A DNA stretch of 64,000 nt, taken from Chloroflexota bacterium. Lineage in GTDB: Bacteria > Chloroflexota > UBA11872 > VXOZ01. The notes under the pieces are model-generated. The model did not search any database. It was given only the letters and a program-made list of their open reading frames with translations, and was not told the origin of the DNA. Positions 48,596 through 59,310 of this stretch are shown in pieces. How positions within the stretch are numbered: position 1 is the first letter of the stretch; every line of letters starts with the position of its first letter. The position numbers were made by a program, and so were the translations under genes. The stretch is from the NCBI GenBank assembly GCA_964291655.2, contig OZ219802.1, forward strand, positions 2,208,001 through 2,272,000, in the 5' to 3' direction.

Positions 48596-49131
48596 GGCAG
48601 GTGCAGGAGCGCAATGATCGCGTCCACTACGCCGGGAGCCGGATTGTATTTGGCGAGTTCTCCGCGCAGCTTCTTGTACTCCGTATCGTCCGTCTCATAG
48701 GGGCGGTACTCGTCCACCTCGCGTGCCCATCGACTTGCGTTGCTAATCCCTGCTGCTTCAAATGCAGCCGCTAATTCGGCGATGCTGGCGTCATTTGCTG
48801 AGAGTGTGGCTGCGGTCGTAGCCGGGGTTTCCGCAGGCGCCGCTGGGGTTTCAGAGGGTGCAGCAGTTGCTTCACTCTCTGTTGAGCTCTCGGAAGGCGC
48901 TGCAGTGGCAGCAGTCTGGTTTGTAGTTGTGTCTGTTGCACTTGATTCTGAATCGTCACCCCCACACGCCGCGCCAAGCACGATTCCCACTGTGAATACG
49001 GTCGCTAAGGCGTACCGAGCCAGCCCGGTGTGGGGTCTGGTTCTCTCCGAGGCAAGTTTCCAATCGGCAGTCTGTTCTCGTTCCAAAACCAAATTCCCTT
49101 CAAATTGCATGCGTTTCTTAACCACACTCAA
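48592..49131 (-). CDS. Lipoprotein with S/T/A-rich linker and HhH-like C-terminal domain (start uncertain)
   Basis: GAAC lipobox; SANDASIAEL...EYRPY...LRGELAKY. Confidence 0.65.
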   Translation of the reverse strand: MSVVKKRMQFEGNLVLEREQTADWKLASERTRPHTGLARYALATVFTVGIVLGAACGGDDSESSATDTTTNQTAATAAPSESSTESEATAAPSETPAAPAETPATTAATLSANDASIAELAAAFEAAGISNASRWAREVDEYRPYETDDTEYKKLRGELAKYNPAPGVVDAIIALLHLP

Positions 49132-49423
49132 ACGCTTTCAAGGCGCAGAAAGCCCTTCAGGTGCATCCTCTGACTACCAGGGTCTATGCAGTTGCTTGCA
49201 CGGGAGCAACATACCCGATTGGTGCAATCTCCAATCCATCAGAACGCCATCGGTTGGCAAATACCGCAAAGTACAGTGCTCTAGCTCGCAATAATTGCGA
49301 AACGACTTTTGGAATCACGACACTGGATGGGAATGCGGGTTCCTGGAAACGGACCGCAGACTTCAAGACTCGGGCAAGGATGGGCCAAAGGCTTCTAGAT
49401 AACTCCCCAAGACAGACTTCCGC

Positions 49424-50920
49424 TTACTGCCGCAGCATTTCCTGGAGCGCGAATGACAGCTCTTCGGCAGCATCGGATACCGTGGTCTGACCGCTCAGGA
49501 CCGGCGCCATGAGATGCTGCTGGAAGAGTGACTGTAGGTAGGGCGCGATCAAGGGCGGAATGCCTCGACTGTAGCCGAGGGCATCTGCGATGATATTGGC
49601 GTCCTCTATTCTGAGGCTTGGCCTCACCTGCTTAATCCGATCGCCCGTTACGCTGTAAACCGGATAGCCAAAGAACGTAACCGGCAGTTGCGCAAGTTCT
49701 CGGGATAGCACCAGCGCCGCCTGCGCTGCCAGGCCTGTATCCTTGGCCTGCGCCCCCACGCTCAGCCCGGCCACAGGGGATACCCACGTCGCCTGCCCTA
49801 GGTCCGTCGGCAACGGCGCGGCATGGATCTGCTCCGAACCGAGTCCTTGGTTCCCGCCGGAGCGAACGGCAGTCGCCAAGCGCGCCGTATCGCTGGGCTG
49901 CACGCCCCCTCCGCCGCCGCCACCGCCACGGCCCCCGCCGCCGCCAGGTGCTTGGTCGAAGGAGACTACCTGCATGCCATTGCGATTCGCGCGCATGAAG
50001 GAAAAGGTGCCCTCCGGCGGATTTGGCGCAATGTTGTGTACGACAATCATGTCCCGCCAGAGCTCGATGGCTTTAATGGCATTTGGTTCAGCGAGCCGCA
50101 CGGCGCCATTCTGGGCGTCAAACACTTCGCCGCCGTGGCTCCAAATCATGCTGAGCAACATTGGCACCGAGGCATGCGCATAGGTCCCCCATTGGGAACC
50201 CGATTCGTTGCTGTAGGTGAGGCGCTTGCCTGCCTCGATCATCTCGGGCCAGGTCCACCCACCGTCCGGCGCCGCCACACCGTCGTTGGCCAAGAGGTCC
50301 GCATCATAGGTGAGCGTATTGATAGTGCTGGAAAGCGGCAAGGCAAGGGCTTGCCCTTGCCAACGGACCGATTCCATCGCACCGGGAGCGAAGTCCGACA
50401 GATCGATGCTGCCCTCCACCCGCGTGGCCTGCTCAAACGGCTCGATGACGCCTTCATCGTAAAGCAGCGGCAGCTCGTTCATGTTGCTGATCAACAGCAG
50501 GTCTGGGAATGGGGTCCCACCGGCCAACTCCCCGCTCGCAGCCGCGTCATTGAGTGTTTCGGCAATCGGGCTGAACGGGGTCGGCGTCGGTTCAGCGTTA
50601 GCAGCAGCGCCAAAGAAGCCGCCAAAGTTAGGGTTCGGCCCCGGTGGCACGACCGTTAGGTTGACCTCCATTTGGAAGCCAAGATTCTGATCGTTGATCT
50701 CATTGGCAGCAGACTGGAGGCTGGCAAGGATGTTGCCGGCTTGTGCAGCTTGAAAGTTTGCTCCCTGCCCCTGGGGCAGAAAAACCGCAACGTTTACCGT
50801 CTTGTCTCCGGAATCTCCGCCCACTAGGCCGTCAAAAAAACCGCAGCCGGCCGCGAGACTTGCCACTACCGGCACGCCACCGACCAGACCAAGAAACGAA
50901 CGACGCGTCATCGCCATCAC
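49424..50920 (-). CDS. Tat-exported solute-binding lipoprotein (orphan), paralog A
   Basis: TRRSFL, AAGC, LTYDADL...WTWPEMIEAGKRLT. Confidence 0.88.
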   Translation of the reverse strand: MMAMTRRSFLGLVGGVPVVASLAAGCGFFDGLVGGDSGDKTVNVAVFLPQGQGANFQAAQAGNILASLQSAANEINDQNLGFQMEVNLTVVPPGPNPNFGGFFGAAANAEPTPTPFSPIAETLNDAAASGELAGGTPFPDLLLISNMNELPLLYDEGVIEPFEQATRVEGSIDLSDFAPGAMESVRWQGQALALPLSSTINTLTYDADLLANDGVAAPDGGWTWPEMIEAGKRLTYSNESGSQWGTYAHASVPMLLSMIWSHGGEVFDAQNGAVRLAEPNAIKAIELWRDMIVVHNIAPNPPEGTFSFMRANRNGMQVVSFDQAPGGGGGRGGGGGGGGVQPSDTARLATAVRSGGNQGLGSEQIHAAPLPTDLGQATWVSPVAGLSVGAQAKDTGLAAQAALVLSRELAQLPVTFFGYPVYSVTGDRIKQVRPSLRIEDANIIADALGYSRGIPPLIAPYLQSLFQQHLMAPVLSGQTTVSDAAEELSFALQEMLRQ

Positions 50921-51713
50921 ATACCTCTCATTTTGCAGTCTTTCGCGCTACATGTGTCCTATGTAAAGCAACCTCTGCTGCCGCTCGTCTTGTGGAATAC
51001 AAGAGTTCCTCACGATGTAAGCCCGTTTGCGCCCCACGCTTACGTCTTGGTTTGCTTGCGCGCAGAAGGCGAGCCACAAGATGACGAGTGAACTTTCCGA
51101 AACTCTCCGGCAGCAGTCAGGGAAATCAAGCCCCGAAGGGCAACCCGCGCGCCGCGCGGCACTTTCCAACTCATCCCCATGCTACTGCTCAATTGTCAAG
51201 AGAATGTGAAGGTAAATGTGACGACGAAGGGACTTTGGACATGCCTTAGCGACGATTCGCGCCATCGCTTTCCGGCGGGATACGGCGCAATCGGCAACAC
51301 TGGGCCAATTCAGGCCGCTGCACGATAGGCAAGCCACCACATTGCTATCCATCCCACCCGTGGCATTGAAAGGCATTGTATGGTAGAAATTCGCTAAGTC
51401 GAATTGAGTGACCGACCGGTAGGGTGCGCAATCATCACGCCAAACAACCCTGCATGGGGCCGCAAGACCGTTAAAAGCAAATGCTTCGACAGGCACAGCA
51501 TGGGCGCTGTCGAAGCATTGGAGACGAGCGAACCGCGGAATCCTTTTGAAGGAATCTCACGGTTGGTCCCCTCTGAAAAGTGCTCCGGGTGGACGGAAAG
51601 CTATGAGGACGTTCCAGACCACAAATCTACAGCGGCTGCCCCACTCTTGGGGAGAGCGAAGCCAGACCTCGCCTGGCTCGTGTCGGATCACTGGTCCACC
51701 AGCGATCCGGAGT

Positions 51714-53192
51714 TTACTGCCGCAGCATTTCCTGCATGGCTATCGACAACTGGTGCGCCGCGTCGGCCACATTTCTCTCACCGCTCAAGACCGGCGCCAT
51801 GAGATGCTGCTGGAAGAGCGACTGCAAGTATGGCGAAAGCAAGGGAGGTACGCCCCGGCTATAGCCGAGAGCGTCGGAAATAATCGTGGCGTCTTCAATC
51901 CTCAGACTTGGCCCCACCTGCTTGATGCGTTCACCGGAAACGTTGTAGACCGGATAGCCGAAGAACGTCACGGGCAACTGCGAGAGTTCCCGTGCCAGAA
52001 CAACTGCCGCCTGGGCTGCCAGGCCGGTGTCTTTCGCTTGCGCGCCGACGCCCAGTCCTGCCACCGGCGATACCCACGTTGCCTGCCGTGCATCCACCGG
52101 CATGGCCGCGGCATGAATGCGCTCCGGGCCAAGTCCCTGCCCCCCGCCTGAGCGTACGGCAGTTGCCAGGCGCGCCGTTTCGCTGGGCCGAGCGCCACCG
52201 CCGCCGCCGCCTCTCTGGGGAAGTTGGTCGAAACTGACCACTTCCATGCCATTGCGACCGGCGCGTAGAAACGCGAAAGTGCCTTGCGGCGGATTAGGGG
52301 CAATTTGATGAAACGTAATCATATCGCGCCAAAGCTCTATGCCCTTGATTGCCTCCGGTTCGGCAATGCGCACGTCACCGCCCTGGGACCCGAACACCTC
52401 GCCGCCGTGACTCCAGATGAGGCTCAAAAGCAGAGGCACTGAAGCATGCGCATACGTCCCCCACTGCGCTCCCGTATCGTCGCTGTAGGTGAGGCGCTTA
52501 CCCGCCTCGATCATATCCAGCCACGTCCATTCGTTGCCGGGTGTGCCAACACCGGCATCCGCAAAGAGCTCTGAATCGTACGTAAGTGTGTTGATGGAAC
52601 TGGAGAGCGGCAGAACGAGGGCTTGCCCCTGCCAACTCACCGCCTCCAAGGCGCCGGGCGCAAACGCCGAGAGATCGATGCTGCCCTCTACTCTGGTTGC
52701 CTGCTCGAACGGTTCGATGATTCCTTCCTGGTAGAGGAGCGGCAACTCATTCATATTGCTGATCATCAAGACGTCCGGCAGCGGGTCGCCGCTGGCCAAC
52801 TGTCCGCTCGCCGCCGCCTCGTTTAGCGTTTCGGCAATCGGACTGAAAGGGGTCGGCGTGGGCTCCGCGTTTGCGTCGCTCGTGCCAAAGAAGGCGGCAA
52901 AGTTAAAGGCAGGCCCCGGCGGCACGACCGTTAGATTCACCTCCATTTGGAAGCCGAGATTCTGATCGTTGATTTCGTTAGCGGCGGTTTGGAGGCTGGC
53001 AAGGATGTTGCCGGCCTGCGCGGCCTGGAAATTAGCTCCTTCTCCCTGGGGGAGGAAGACGGCTACGTTGACCGTCTTATCGCCGGAATCCCCTCCAACC
53101 AAGTCCCCAAAGAAGCCACAACCGGACGCGATACTTGCCGCCAGCGGCACGCCCCCGATCAAGCCAAGAACCGATCGACGCGTCAGTGCCAT
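51714..53192 (-). CDS. Tat-exported solute-binding lipoprotein (orphan), paralog B
   Basis: TRRSVL, ASGC; colinear with and highly similar to 49424..50920. Confidence 0.88.
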   Translation of the reverse strand: MALTRRSVLGLIGGVPLAASIASGCGFFGDLVGGDSGDKTVNVAVFLPQGEGANFQAAQAGNILASLQTAANEINDQNLGFQMEVNLTVVPPGPAFNFAAFFGTSDANAEPTPTPFSPIAETLNEAAASGQLASGDPLPDVLMISNMNELPLLYQEGIIEPFEQATRVEGSIDLSAFAPGALEAVSWQGQALVLPLSSSINTLTYDSELFADAGVGTPGNEWTWLDMIEAGKRLTYSDDTGAQWGTYAHASVPLLLSLIWSHGGEVFGSQGGDVRIAEPEAIKGIELWRDMITFHQIAPNPPQGTFAFLRAGRNGMEVVSFDQLPQRGGGGGGARPSETARLATAVRSGGGQGLGPERIHAAAMPVDARQATWVSPVAGLGVGAQAKDTGLAAQAAVVLARELSQLPVTFFGYPVYNVSGERIKQVGPSLRIEDATIISDALGYSRGVPPLLSPYLQSLFQQHLMAPVLSGERNVADAAHQLSIAMQEMLRQ

Positions 53193-53409
53193 CTCTCAAA
53201 CCCTCCTCTACCACAACTCTCGCTACACATTCACTTTCACATCTTGTATTTAACCTCGGTAGCGCGCGCTCTCTCCCATAGCAATGCACGGCGCCAAAGG
53301 ACGCAAATTGAAATACGCCATTGAGTAGGTTGGCCGTGGGACGCCTTGACGTTGCCTATTGTTCTTGCCACAAGAACTGCCTCCCGTCGCGGCCGGCCAA
53401 CAAGCGATA

Positions 53410-53895
53410 TCACTCCTGCAGCGTGCGGATCATCGCGATCTCGTCACACTTGGAGAACTTGGGACAGCGGTAGCACTCTTGCCATACCTTGATGGACAGG
53501 GAATCCCGTTCAACCTGCCGGAAGCCGCACTTCGTAAAGAAGGTTGGCTCCAGCGTGAGGGTGAACACCGTCTTGATGCCCAGTTCCCCCGCTTCCGCCA
53601 CGCAGGCGTCCACAAGCTGACGACCAATGCCTTGGCCCTGGAATTCCGGTAGTACGGCCAGTCCCCGTACTTCAGCCAAGTCCTTCCACATGACGTGCAA
53701 CGCGCAGCAGCCTGCCACCTTGCCGTCTTGCCGCCAGACCACGTAGTCGCGAATGCCGCCGTAGAGCTCTGCCAGCGAACGGAACAGCATGCGGTTCTGC
53801 TTGGCGTAGAAGTCGATGATCTGTTTCATGGCGGGCACGTCCGTCACCTGCGCCCGCTCTGCCCTGCCGGTGTCGAATACCCGAAGCGTTGCCAC
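53410..53895 (-). CDS. GNAT acetyltransferase, short ArgA-like
   Basis: MLFRSLAELY, WKDLAEVRGLAV, QGQGIG, VFTLT, KVWQECYRCPKF..CDE. Confidence 0.85.
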   Translation of the reverse strand: MATLRVFDTGRAERAQVTDVPAMKQIIDFYAKQNRMLFRSLAELYGGIRDYVVWRQDGKVAGCCALHVMWKDLAEVRGLAVLPEFQGQGIGRQLVDACVAEAGELGIKTVFTLTLEPTFFTKCGFRQVERDSLSIKVWQECYRCPKFSKCDEIAMIRTLQE

Positions 53896-54220
53896 GTTGT
53901 TGAATCCCTAGAATCTGAATGTGCAATTGAGGAAGTAGCTAGAAATACGCTCAATTACCATCTTAACGCAATCGTCAATCAGGGAAAAGGGGGAAGCTCG
54001 GTAACCAGGCCCAGAATTGGCGCGCACGTGCGGCCTTAGCCGGCTTCCAAGTCACGCGCAGTTCGGAGCGGGGGACAAGCCCCCGCGCTACGATTCGTCG
54101 TGATGAGGGAGCGATCCCGCATGCTGCCCCATTGTTGCAATCGGCTGTGAGATGGGGCTGCTTGCACTATGGCTCTAGATTTCTCCCTGCGCTCGAAATG
54201 ACACTGGGGCCTAACGCAAT

Positions 54221-55072
54221 CTAGAGTCTCCCTCCGCTCTGCCCTTCGACCAGCACCCGCCGGATGTCGTCGGCAAAGGTGACTTCAGAGTCGTCCTGCG
54301 GCGCATAGCCAATCACCTCGCGGGCGTTGGCGATGCTCCAAAAGGCGCGGGCGTTGTTGGAAACGCCGTAGAAGATTTGGAACGGTATGCCGTGCTCGTT
54401 CGTGATATCCGGCGTCTCGATGGACTTCACGAAGAGCTGCTGCAAGTCCCGTGGGCTGATGTACGCGCCGAGGTTGCGCTTATAGCTCGTGAAGTCATTG
54501 GCGGCGTTGTCCGCCGGAATCTGGCGCGGCGCGCCAATTCTCACTTGCACCACCTCCAACGCGCGTCCCATGCTGCCGGTGGCGAAGAGGAATCCCAGGT
54601 GCTCGTAGCAGGCCTTCGCCCAGCCGTAGTAGTTGTCTGAGAGCGGCGGCGCGGTGACGTCGAGCATCTCCATCTTGCGCTGCCGCAGCAGGTGCTCGTA
54701 CCAGTCGGCGGCGTGGTTCGAGCTGGCAATCACGACCCGCCGCACGTCCTCTTCCCGAGCGGTCTGATAGACGTGAAACGCCAGGTCGAGATTCGACCGC
54801 TCCGAGTAGTAGTCGCCGTCGTTCATCGAGTGTCCCTGCTTATAGTTGAAGGCCAGGTGTACGACGGCGTCCGCTCCTACGAAATAGCTGCGGTACGTTT
54901 CACGGTCGGCGTCGCGCAGGTCGGTGATGTTGACGCCTTCCACCAGAGTGCCGTCGCGGGTTTTTTCCCGCGCATCGAGCAACACGAGATCGTACCGCTC
55001 GCGAAACGCGGGCAGTAGCTGGGACGCAACGTAGCCTGCGGCTCCGGTAACAACCACTCTCAAGCGTGCCAT
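54221..55072 (-). CDS. NAD-dependent epimerase/dehydratase (uronate dehydrogenase-like)
   Basis: VTGAAGYVA, ASSNHA, YGWAK, ISPRDL, IGYAPQD. Confidence 0.88.
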   Translation of the reverse strand: MARLRVVVTGAAGYVASQLLPAFRERYDLVLLDAREKTRDGTLVEGVNITDLRDADRETYRSYFVGADAVVHLAFNYKQGHSMNDGDYYSERSNLDLAFHVYQTAREEDVRRVVIASSNHAADWYEHLLRQRKMEMLDVTAPPLSDNYYGWAKACYEHLGFLFATGSMGRALEVVQVRIGAPRQIPADNAANDFTSYKRNLGAYISPRDLQQLFVKSIETPDITNEHGIPFQIFYGVSNNARAFWSIANAREVIGYAPQDDSEVTFADDIRRVLVEGQSGGRL

Positions 55073-55162
55073 AGGATTTCGTGCCTCATCTTGAATTGTC
55101 GCAATTCTTAGAAATCGGATTCAATTGGCCAGTCAACGCCATGAAGACAACTTGCCAACTGC

Positions 55163-55402
55163 CGTCATTCCGGCGGAAAGCCTGCCCCGAACTCGATTCG
55201 GGACCGGAATCCATCTTCGCCGTGCACGCCCTGGATTCCGGCTTTCGCCGGAATGACGGAGTCCATTCTGCTATTCTCATGTTAATGACGGTCAAGAGGC
55301 GACCGCAGTTTTCATCTCCTTGTGTGGACTTTCGCATGGCCATGTTGATTCCCGCGCAAGCGGGAATCCATCCCCTAGGCCCCGGCTTTCGCCGGCGTGA
55401 CG
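55163..55402. repeat. GTCATTCCGGCGAAAGCCGGAATCC REP doublets (family D)
   Basis: Inverted pair 55163-55258 plus degenerate pair 55348-55402; related copies at 41703, 60427, 60499. Confidence 0.8.
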
Positions 55403-55446
55403 GAGACTACTGATTTGGCCTTGTGAATCCTCACTTTAGCTTGGCA

Positions 55447-56496
55447 TTACGCCAGATCCACCATCCGGCCGGTCTCGCCGGATTCATAGATGGCGTCCAC
55501 GATCCGCTGTACTATTAGCGCCTCTTCCGCTTTTACCAATGGCGGCGTGCCCTCTTTCACATTTCTCACGACCTGGGCGAATTGGCCCGCGTGGTTGTGC
55601 TCTCTGCCTTCTTCATGGGCGGGCGTGTAGTCGAGCAGCCCGGCGTTCGGCACCTCTTTGTGGATTTTCAGCGGACGCAACGTCGCGCCGCCCTCGGTGC
55701 CGCAAAGGTACGCGTTCACTTCATTCTCGATGTTGAGCGCCCAACTCGTCTCCAGGTTGATGACGGCGCCGGTGTCGAAGCGGATCTGTGCTGTCGCAAA
55801 GTCTTCCACTGAATATCTGTCTTGATCGGCATCTCTTCCACGGGTAAAGAGGCCGGGCCGCTTGGCCAGCTTCGTAAAGACCGCACCGGTCACCGCCTTC
55901 GGCGTGGGGTGGCCCATGAGCCACAGTGTCAGATCGAGCGTGTGCACGCCAATATCGATCAGTGGGCCGCCGCCGTTCTTGTCCTTCTCCACGAATACGC
56001 CCCACCAGGGGATGCCGCGCCGCCGCAGCGCCAGCACGCGGGCGTAGTAGATTTCGCCGAGTTCGCCCTGATCGATGAGATGTTTGAGGAACTGCGCCCG
56101 CTCGCCAAAGCGCGACTGGAACCCAATCGTCAGCATCTTGTCGTTCTGGTTGGCCGCGGCAATCATCTCTTCGCACTCGGCGGCATTCATGGCCATCGGC
56201 TTCTCGCAAATGACATTGCTGCCCGCATTCAGCGCGGCGACGCTGGCGGCGCAGTGCATGAACGGCGGCGTGCAGACGCTCACCAGATCAAGGTCTTCCT
56301 GCGTCACCATCTCGTTGAAGTCGGCGTAGACCCGAGCAATGCCGAATTCGTCTGCGACCGTCTGGGCGCGCGGCACATCAATATCGCTAATGGCAACGAC
56401 CTCGGCCTCGTCAGGAATCTTTGCGTATCCCGTTAGGTGAGCGCCGCGGGCAATACCACCGGCGCCAATCACGCCGACCCGCACTTTCGTACCCAT
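55447..56496 (-). CDS. Gfo/Idh/MocA oxidoreductase
   Basis: VGVIGAGGIA, VCTPPFMH, CEKPMA, GGGPLIDIGVH. Confidence 0.92.
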   Translation of the reverse strand: MGTKVRVGVIGAGGIARGAHLTGYAKIPDEAEVVAISDIDVPRAQTVADEFGIARVYADFNEMVTQEDLDLVSVCTPPFMHCAASVAALNAGSNVICEKPMAMNAAECEEMIAAANQNDKMLTIGFQSRFGERAQFLKHLIDQGELGEIYYARVLALRRRGIPWWGVFVEKDKNGGGPLIDIGVHTLDLTLWLMGHPTPKAVTGAVFTKLAKRPGLFTRGRDADQDRYSVEDFATAQIRFDTGAVINLETSWALNIENEVNAYLCGTEGGATLRPLKIHKEVPNAGLLDYTPAHEEGREHNHAGQFAQVVRNVKEGTPPLVKAEEALIVQRIVDAIYESGETGRMVDLA

Positions 56497-56548
56497 CGCA
56501 TTTCTCCTCATTCATTTTCCTGCAGTTTGCGCGTTATCCTAGTATACA

Positions 56549-56577
56549 TTGACGCACTCCCTACCGCCCCGTACGAT
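56549..56577 (+). promoter_or_regulatory. Sigma70-type promoter of nagA-ROK
   Basis: TTGACG-17 bp-TACGAT. Confidence 0.55.
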
Positions 56578-56605
56578 GAATTGAGCAACAAGGATTGGAA
56601 ATTGC

Positions 56606-57775
56606 ATGATTCTTCTCTCTGGCGGAACGGTCTACACGCCCCTGGAAGAGCTCCCGCAGACGAGCGTCGCGATAGAGGGTGGCCGCATCGCGCACGTAGC
56701 ACCCGTCGATGCAATCTCAGAATTCTCTGGGTCCGATGAGAGGATCGACGTATCCGGCTGCATCGTCTGTCCGGGCTTCATCGACATGCACGTGCATGGC
56801 GCCTTGGGTGCTTCGTTCCGCTCGCCGGCGGCGGAGGACATACGCAAGGTGACGGCGTACCGGGCGACCACAGGCACCACCGGCCTGCTGGCCACCATTG
56901 GCACATCTTCGTGGGATGATACGGTGGCGGCGCTCAAGGCCGTCGTGCAAGCCGCCGCCGCCCCTGCCGGCAGCCGTCTACTCGGCGTGCACATGGAAGG
57001 ACCGTATCTCAGCCCGGAACGGCCCGGGGCCATGCGCATTCCGCTCATGCGAGAGCCCAGCCTGGACGAGGTGGCCGCCCTGCAGGACGTCGCCCAAGGC
57101 ATGATCAAGTCAATGACCCTCGCCCCCGAACGGGAGGGTGGCTTGGCGCTTGCGGCATACCTCACCAAGCATGACATCATCGCCTCTATCGGCCACTCGG
57201 ACGCCACATTCGCCCAAGTGGCCGCTGCCGTCGGCAGCGGCGTGCGCCAGGCGACGCACACTTTCAACGCCATGCGTCCGCTCCACCACCGGGATCCGGG
57301 CACGGTGGGCGGCGTGATGGCCCATCCCGAAATCACCGCTGAGCTTATCGGCGACGGCGCGCACGTGGATCGGGAAGCCGGCAAACTGCTCATCGCGGCG
57401 AAAGGCTGGGAACGCGTGGCCCTCGTGACAGACGGCGTGGAGTTTTCCGGCCTGCCGCCGGGCCGCTACGAGCGGGCGAGTGGCGTCGCCGTAACGGTTT
57501 CGGAAGTTCTCGCGACGCGGGACGATGGTACGATTACGGGGAGTTCCTCGTCGCTAAATCGCAATGTCGGAGTTTACGTGGAAGCCGGTATTCCCCTCCC
57601 GCATGTTCTCGCCATGGCGAGCTTGGTACCGGCCCGGCAGCTTGGGTTAAGCGACCGGAAAGGCTTGATCGAAGCTGGAGCAGATGCCGATATTGCCGTG
57701 CTCTCCCGGGACTTTCGCGTTATGCTAACGATAGTAGGCGGCGAAATCGTGTATCGCGCACCGGAATTCGCATAG
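56606..57775 (+). CDS. nagA: N-acetylglucosamine-6-phosphate deacetylase
   Basis: PGFIDMHVHG, HMEGPY, TLAPE, GHSDAT, THTFNAM, DGAHV, VTD. Confidence 0.92.
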   Translation: MILLSGGTVYTPLEELPQTSVAIEGGRIAHVAPVDAISEFSGSDERIDVSGCIVCPGFIDMHVHGALGASFRSPAAEDIRKVTAYRATTGTTGLLATIGTSSWDDTVAALKAVVQAAAAPAGSRLLGVHMEGPYLSPERPGAMRIPLMREPSLDEVAALQDVAQGMIKSMTLAPEREGGLALAAYLTKHDIIASIGHSDATFAQVAAAVGSGVRQATHTFNAMRPLHHRDPGTVGGVMAHPEITAELIGDGAHVDREAGKLLIAAKGWERVALVTDGVEFSGLPPGRYERASGVAVTVSEVLATRDDGTITGSSSSLNRNVGVYVEAGIPLPHVLAMASLVPARQLGLSDRKGLIEAGADADIAVLSRDFRVMLTIVGGEIVYRAPEFA

Positions 57776-57786
57776 GGCTAGCGAAA

Positions 57787-58731
57787 ATGACCGGTATCGG
57801 TATTGACATTGGCGGCACGAAAGTTGCCGTCGGCATTGTCGACCAGGACGGTAGCATTCTGTCCACCGACCGCGCGCCGATGGTAAAGGACTCCCACGAG
57901 ACGATGCTGGAGAGCATCTGTACCGTGGTCGACCGCCTGCTCGCGCAAGCGCAGGAACGGCCGAGCGCCATTGGCGTGGCCGTTCCCGGTACGGTAGATC
58001 GTGACCGAGGCATCGCAGTATCTGCCGTCAACGTGGGCTGGCGAGACCTGCCGCTCGTTCCGCTCTTACAGGATCGGTACGATTTGCCGGGGGTCATCGC
58101 GAATGACGCCAATGCCGGCGCGTGGGGCGAATACGCGTTTGGCTCTGGCAAAGACGCACAGAACTTGGTGTACATCACTGTCGGCACCGGCATTGGCGGC
58201 GGCATCATCGAAGCCGGACGCGTGGTGCGCGGGCAAGGTTCAGCCGGCGAAATCGGCCATATTCTCGTTAGTCCGGGCGGCCCGCTCTGCCCGTGTGGCG
58301 TGCGCGGCTGTTTGGAGTCACTCGCCGCCGGCCCCGGTATCGCCCGCCGCGGGCGGCAGGCTGCGGCAAATGAGCTTACGGACATCGTGCGCCGTCTCAC
58401 TGATGGGAACATTGAAAGCCTCACGAGTGTCACCGTGCGCGACGCCGCGGAAGCAGGGGACCCGGTGATGCAGGCGGTGCGCGACGATACGGCGCGCTGG
58501 TTAGCCATTGGCAGCCAGATTTGTCAGCAGCTCTTCGCCCCCGGATGCATCGTCTTTGGCGGCGGTGTTATGCAAGACGGCGGACGCTTAATTCAGGAAA
58601 TCCGCAATTGGTTCCAGCGTCTTGCCGGGAGCCCGCATCCCGACGTAGGGAACTACATCCGACTTGCCGCGGAGAGTGAGCACTCCGGCATTGTCGGCGC
58701 TGCGGCGCTCGTCCTCCAACCGGAATCTTGA
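57787..58731 (+). CDS. ROK-family sugar kinase
   Basis: GIDIGGTK, NDANAGA.GE, GTGIGGG, GEIGH, CPCGVRGCLE. Confidence 0.92.
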   Translation: MTGIGIDIGGTKVAVGIVDQDGSILSTDRAPMVKDSHETMLESICTVVDRLLAQAQERPSAIGVAVPGTVDRDRGIAVSAVNVGWRDLPLVPLLQDRYDLPGVIANDANAGAWGEYAFGSGKDAQNLVYITVGTGIGGGIIEAGRVVRGQGSAGEIGHILVSPGGPLCPCGVRGCLESLAAGPGIARRGRQAAANELTDIVRRLTDGNIESLTSVTVRDAAEAGDPVMQAVRDDTARWLAIGSQICQQLFAPGCIVFGGGVMQDGGRLIQEIRNWFQRLAGSPHPDVGNYIRLAAESEHSGIVGAAALVLQPES

Positions 58732-59310
58732 GCAAGGGTAAATTCTAGGGAGCGTGGCGCAAAGGCCACTTGCCTTAAGCTCTTACCTGCTTATCAGTGC
58801 AATCGTGCTGCATCTTGCTATCCCCTGGTCTAACAGCGTGGTCTGCGCCCTGCCGGAAGCTGAGCGCGCCTCCGCCATTGTTGCGGCGTCATCCTCCGCG
58901 CGGCATGCTCAGTTGCCGTCACTTTCCGCAAACCATCACACGGAGCCTAGCGCGTGCCCTTGACCTGCAGCCGCAATTGGGTGTTCGCGCCGTTGGGACG
59001 CACACGACGTGGGAGCCCCTGCCCGTTGCGATGTCCCTACGTATCTCTGTTCTACGATCTGCATCGGTCAAGTCGACAGATCGGCTTTTCTCCAACAGCG
59101 GCATTCTCCGTGTCTGGCGTCCACCGCCCTTAATCCTCCATCGCTTTGAGCCTCGTAACAAGCTGTAGGCATTACGGCGCACGCAAGCCGGTGCGCCCGA
59201 AATGGCAAAGTGCTCTACGCCACGCGAGCGCGGCGCCGATGCGTTGGTGAATTCCGCCCGCACGTTGCAAAAGCTGTCTCGACAGTTGTTACTATGAAGT
59301 GGGAGGTCCT

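Noticed and set aside
58961-58963. Selenocysteine read-through at TGA
   Set aside because: No convincing SECIS, and the in-frame continuation is not protein-like
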